The notes under the pieces were generated by a model. That model saw only the letters and a list, made by a program, of their open reading frames with translations, did no database searches and was not told the DNA's origin. Position numbers and translations under genes: made by a program. This document shows, piece by piece, positions 60,703 through 64,000 of a stretch of DNA of 64,000 nt. Position 1 is the stretch's first letter. The number at the start of each line of letters is the position of its first letter. The DNA lies in NCBI GenBank assembly GCA_951406725.2, contig OX597834.1, positions 34,906,001 to 34,970,000 on the forward strand, given 5' to 3'. This DNA comes from Octopus vulgaris (lineage: Eukaryota).

Positions 60703-61680
60703 CCTTCATCCTTCCTCCTGCCTGCCCTCCACCTCTAGTTCCTTCCTACATTGTCTCACAACCAAAGAAAGAATTAGTGTGTAAAATTAAGACAATTTGG
60801 AAGATTATAGCAGAAATGAGGTAGATAGATAGATAGATAGATAGATATTTCTTTACTACCCACAAGGGGCTAAACACAGAGAGGACAAACAAGGACAGAC
60901 AAACGGATTAAGTCGATTACATCGACCCAAGTGCACAACTGGTACTTAATTTATTGACCCCGAAAGGATGAAAGGCAAAGTCTACCTCGGCGGAATTTGA
61001 ACTCAGAACGTAACGGCAGACGAAATACCGCCAAGCATTTTGCCCGGCATGCTAACGATTCTGCCAGCTTGCCGCCTTTATTTATTATAGATAGATAGAT
61101 AGAGAGAGAGAGAGATAGACAAATAGACTAAGGGAAAGAGAGAGAAAGGCAGGGAGACAGATAGACCGAGAGAGGAGGAGATTAAGAGACTAAAGTTATG
61201 TTTAATACTGTAAAATTAATATAACTAGGAGCTATTTATAACTATCAGTCCTGTATTAAGGTTAAGAATGATTAATTAAAACCTATACATGTCCTGTGAA
61301 TGTGTCCTGGTAATTTCAACATCGTCCTCAATCTCCCCCCCAACCCCCACCCTGCCCCGGCATTTCCCCTCACCTGTCCTCCTCACATCCTTTCAGTCAC
61401 TCTACTTCAAAGTGCACAGTTTGTAATTTGATTTCGCACGCAGCATCCTACACGTGCTGTTGCAACACATTTACTTTCAGAAAGAGATCAAAGTCATTTT
61501 CTATTACATCATTAAGTAACAGAAAGCAACCCAGCATCCTTTCTTCTTCACCTTCATCCTTCCCTTCAGCCTGCCCTCCACCTCCACCCCCAGTTCCTTC
61601 CTACATTGTCTCACAACCAAAGAAAGAATTGGTATGTAAAATTAAGACAAATTTGAAAGATTATAGCAGAAATGGTAGGC
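60703..61680. repeat. ~120-bp direct repeat (60703-60822 / 61551-61678)
   Basis: agttccttcctacattgtctcacaaccaaagaaagaatt...gattatagcagaaatg occurs twice. Confidence 0.85.
60847..61079 (-). mobile_element. SINE family B, full length, in (GATA)n
   Basis: Near-consensus copy. Confidence 0.9.
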
Positions 61681-61819
61681 TTGGACAGATAAGAATGTCT
61701 TATGGTGCTTATTGTTATTATGGTTGTTGTTGTTGTTGTTTTGCTTAAGTTCAACCTAGGTCTGGTAAAGCTATGATCCAAAGTGTTCCAGTTGTGACAA
61801 CCCTCTTTTTTTCTCTTTT

Positions 61820-62023
61820 TCTCTTTTACTTGTTTCAGTCATTTGACTGCGGCCATGCTGGAGCACCGCCTTTAATCAAGCAACTCGACCCTGGGACTTA
61901 TTCTTTGTAAGCCCAGTACTTATTCTATCGGTCTCTTTTTTGCTGAACCGCTAAGTGATGGGGACGTAAACACACCAGCATCAGTTGTCAAGCGATGCTA
62001 GGGGGTCAAACACAGACACATAA

Positions 62024-62066
<43 letters not shown>

Positions 62067-62155
62067 TACGACAGGCTTCTTTCAGTTTCCGTCTACCAAA
62101 TCCACTCACAAGGCATTGGTCGGCCCGGGGCTATAGCAGAAGACACTTGCCCAAG
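61820..62155 (-). mobile_element. SINE family A, 5'-truncated
   Basis: Close reverse complement of 31510-31823. Confidence 0.9.
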
Positions 62156-62295
62156 ACTTAAATTTGAATATATATATATATATGTGTGTGTGTGTCTAAT
62201 GTTTTTTTTTTCATGATGGCTGAGGTACAGAGAGGAATAGAGAGGCAATGAGAGTATGAGAGGGAGAGACAGAAATTAAGAGGCAGTGAGAATAT

Positions 62296-62348
<53 letters not shown>

Positions 62349-62674
62349 GTTCTCCACTTAAGCTTACATTTGCAATGTGAGCTTACGTGAAGCAACAACA
62401 ACTGTCGTAAACAAAGCTATTTCTAAACATAACCACATCGTATATTGCAGGATGTGTGGATGGCAGAGTCGTTTAGAATAACACAGAAGAACAAAGAGAT
62501 AGACTTGAAGAAGATCTCAAAAATATTCTCTCCTCAGATTCACAAACTAAGAATAGTTCTAACATGGATTCAGTCCACAGCATCACATCCTTGTCTTTAG
62601 ATGTAAATGTACAAATAAGGAACAACTCATATCTGATTATACATACACATACAGATACACACAGATAGATGGTG

Positions 62675-62982
62675 CGCTGGTACTCTATCAGTTATGATGA
62701 TCAGGGTTCCAGTTGATCTGATCAACGGAACAGCCTGCTCATGGATTTGCTGTGCAAGTGGATGACCACTTCACAGACATGCATACCATTAACATAGTTC
62801 TGAGGGATATTCAGCATGACACGGAATGCAACAAGGTTGGCCCTTTGAAATAGAGGTACAACTCTTCTTTGCCAACTGAGTGGACTGTAGTAACATGAAA
62901 TAAAGTGTCTTGCTCAAGGACATAATGTGTGCCAGGTATCAAATTACAACCATGGACCAAACACACTAACCACTTAGCCACA
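62675..62982 (-). mobile_element. tRNA/CORE-like SINE family E, near full length
   Basis: Head gtggctaagtggttag, CORE-like gtccttgagcaagacacttt, tail gagcaggctgttccgttgatc. Confidence 0.85.
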
Positions 62983-63231
62983 GATAACAACCCACAAACA
63001 AATGCTTATACATACACAGCAACAGTTAATGTCCCCTAAGATACAAAATACCTGTTGTCAACCCACTTCTTTTGTTGAGCTTTTAAATTCTTGTCCATTA
63101 ACCCATTAAGTCCCAAAGTACTTAAATTTCTGAATATTACTTTAAAATTTTCACAGATGATAGAAAATAGGTTAAAATGAAAAAAATTATAATTAAAACT
63201 CCTTTACTTCAATCATCATCATCATCATCAT

Positions 63232-63500
63232 CGTTTAACATCCGTTTTCCATGCTAGCATGGGTTGGACGGTTCAACTGGGGTCTGGGAAGCCAGAAGGC
63301 TGCGCCAGGCCCAGTTTGATCTGGCAGTGTTTCTACAGCTGGATGCCCTTCCTAACGCCAACCACTCTGTGAGTGTAGTGGGTGCTTTTTACATGCCACC
63401 TGCACAGGTGCCAGACGAGGCTGGCAAATGGCCACAATCGGATGGTGCTTTTTATGTGCCACCGGCACGGGGCCAGACGAGGCTGGCAACGGCCACAATC
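63232..63500 (-). mobile_element. family C with 2 internal repeat units
   Basis: Close to 8918-9200. Confidence 0.9.
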
Positions 63501-63848
63501 GAAATAGAAATACTTGTTATTTTATAATTAGGACACTGTGTGGTTACAAAGTGAGCTTCTTAACTACACAGCCATGCCTGTGAATATAAAAAAAAATTCA
63601 TCTGAAACACATCTTCACCTTCTGATTATTTCTCTTTTCAGTCTTCACATTCTGGTTATCTTTATTTCCAGATCTTATATTTCAATGGTTAAATTTCTCC
63701 ATGTGGAGATTGTGTATCATATTTGCACAAACATGTATCATACATCTGGACCAGAATACTGCTCAATTCACTTCAAACTTTCATTTGAATTCGGTTAGTT
63801 TTTATAAACGGAATTTTGGGAGCAGGGAGTACCTGATTATAATTATGA

Positions 63849-63882
<34 letters not shown>

Positions 63883-64000
63883 GGTGGTGACTGGGTAGTA
63901 GCAGTGATATCATTACAAGAGTGGTAGTGGTGATAATGAAAGTGATGATGATGCTGATGATGATGACAACCACTACTATCACCCCTACCACAACCACTGC

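Overview
This is eukaryotic, AT-rich, extremely repeat-dense DNA. The repeat families and microsatellite load resemble a coleoid cephalopod (Octopus) genome; that is an inference from pattern recall, not a database result. I cannot support any host protein-coding exon, and the long ORFs in the track are mostly translated micro- and minisatellites. The window is a mosaic of: (i) several tRNA-derived SINE families; (ii) decayed non-LTR retrotransposon fragments (RTE, R4/Dong-type, HERO-type and a Tx1/L1-like 3' end); (iii) TTAA-flanked piggyBac-like MITEs, some nested, plus one hAT-like MITE and one Helentron/DINE-like element; (iv) minisatellites that arose inside SINE/LINE bodies; and (v) several long palindromes. 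The most interesting signal is a set of 6-7 degenerate minimal type-I hammerhead-ribozyme motifs (CUGAUGA-stem II-GAAA-palindrome) in at least three unrelated short repeat families. One is joined to a tRNA-like Pol III B-box head, and one family occurs as a ~264-bp tandem pair. This suggests Penelope-type or retrozyme-like ribozyme-bearing elements. All coordinates were read by eye, and the boundaries of decayed repeats are approximate.
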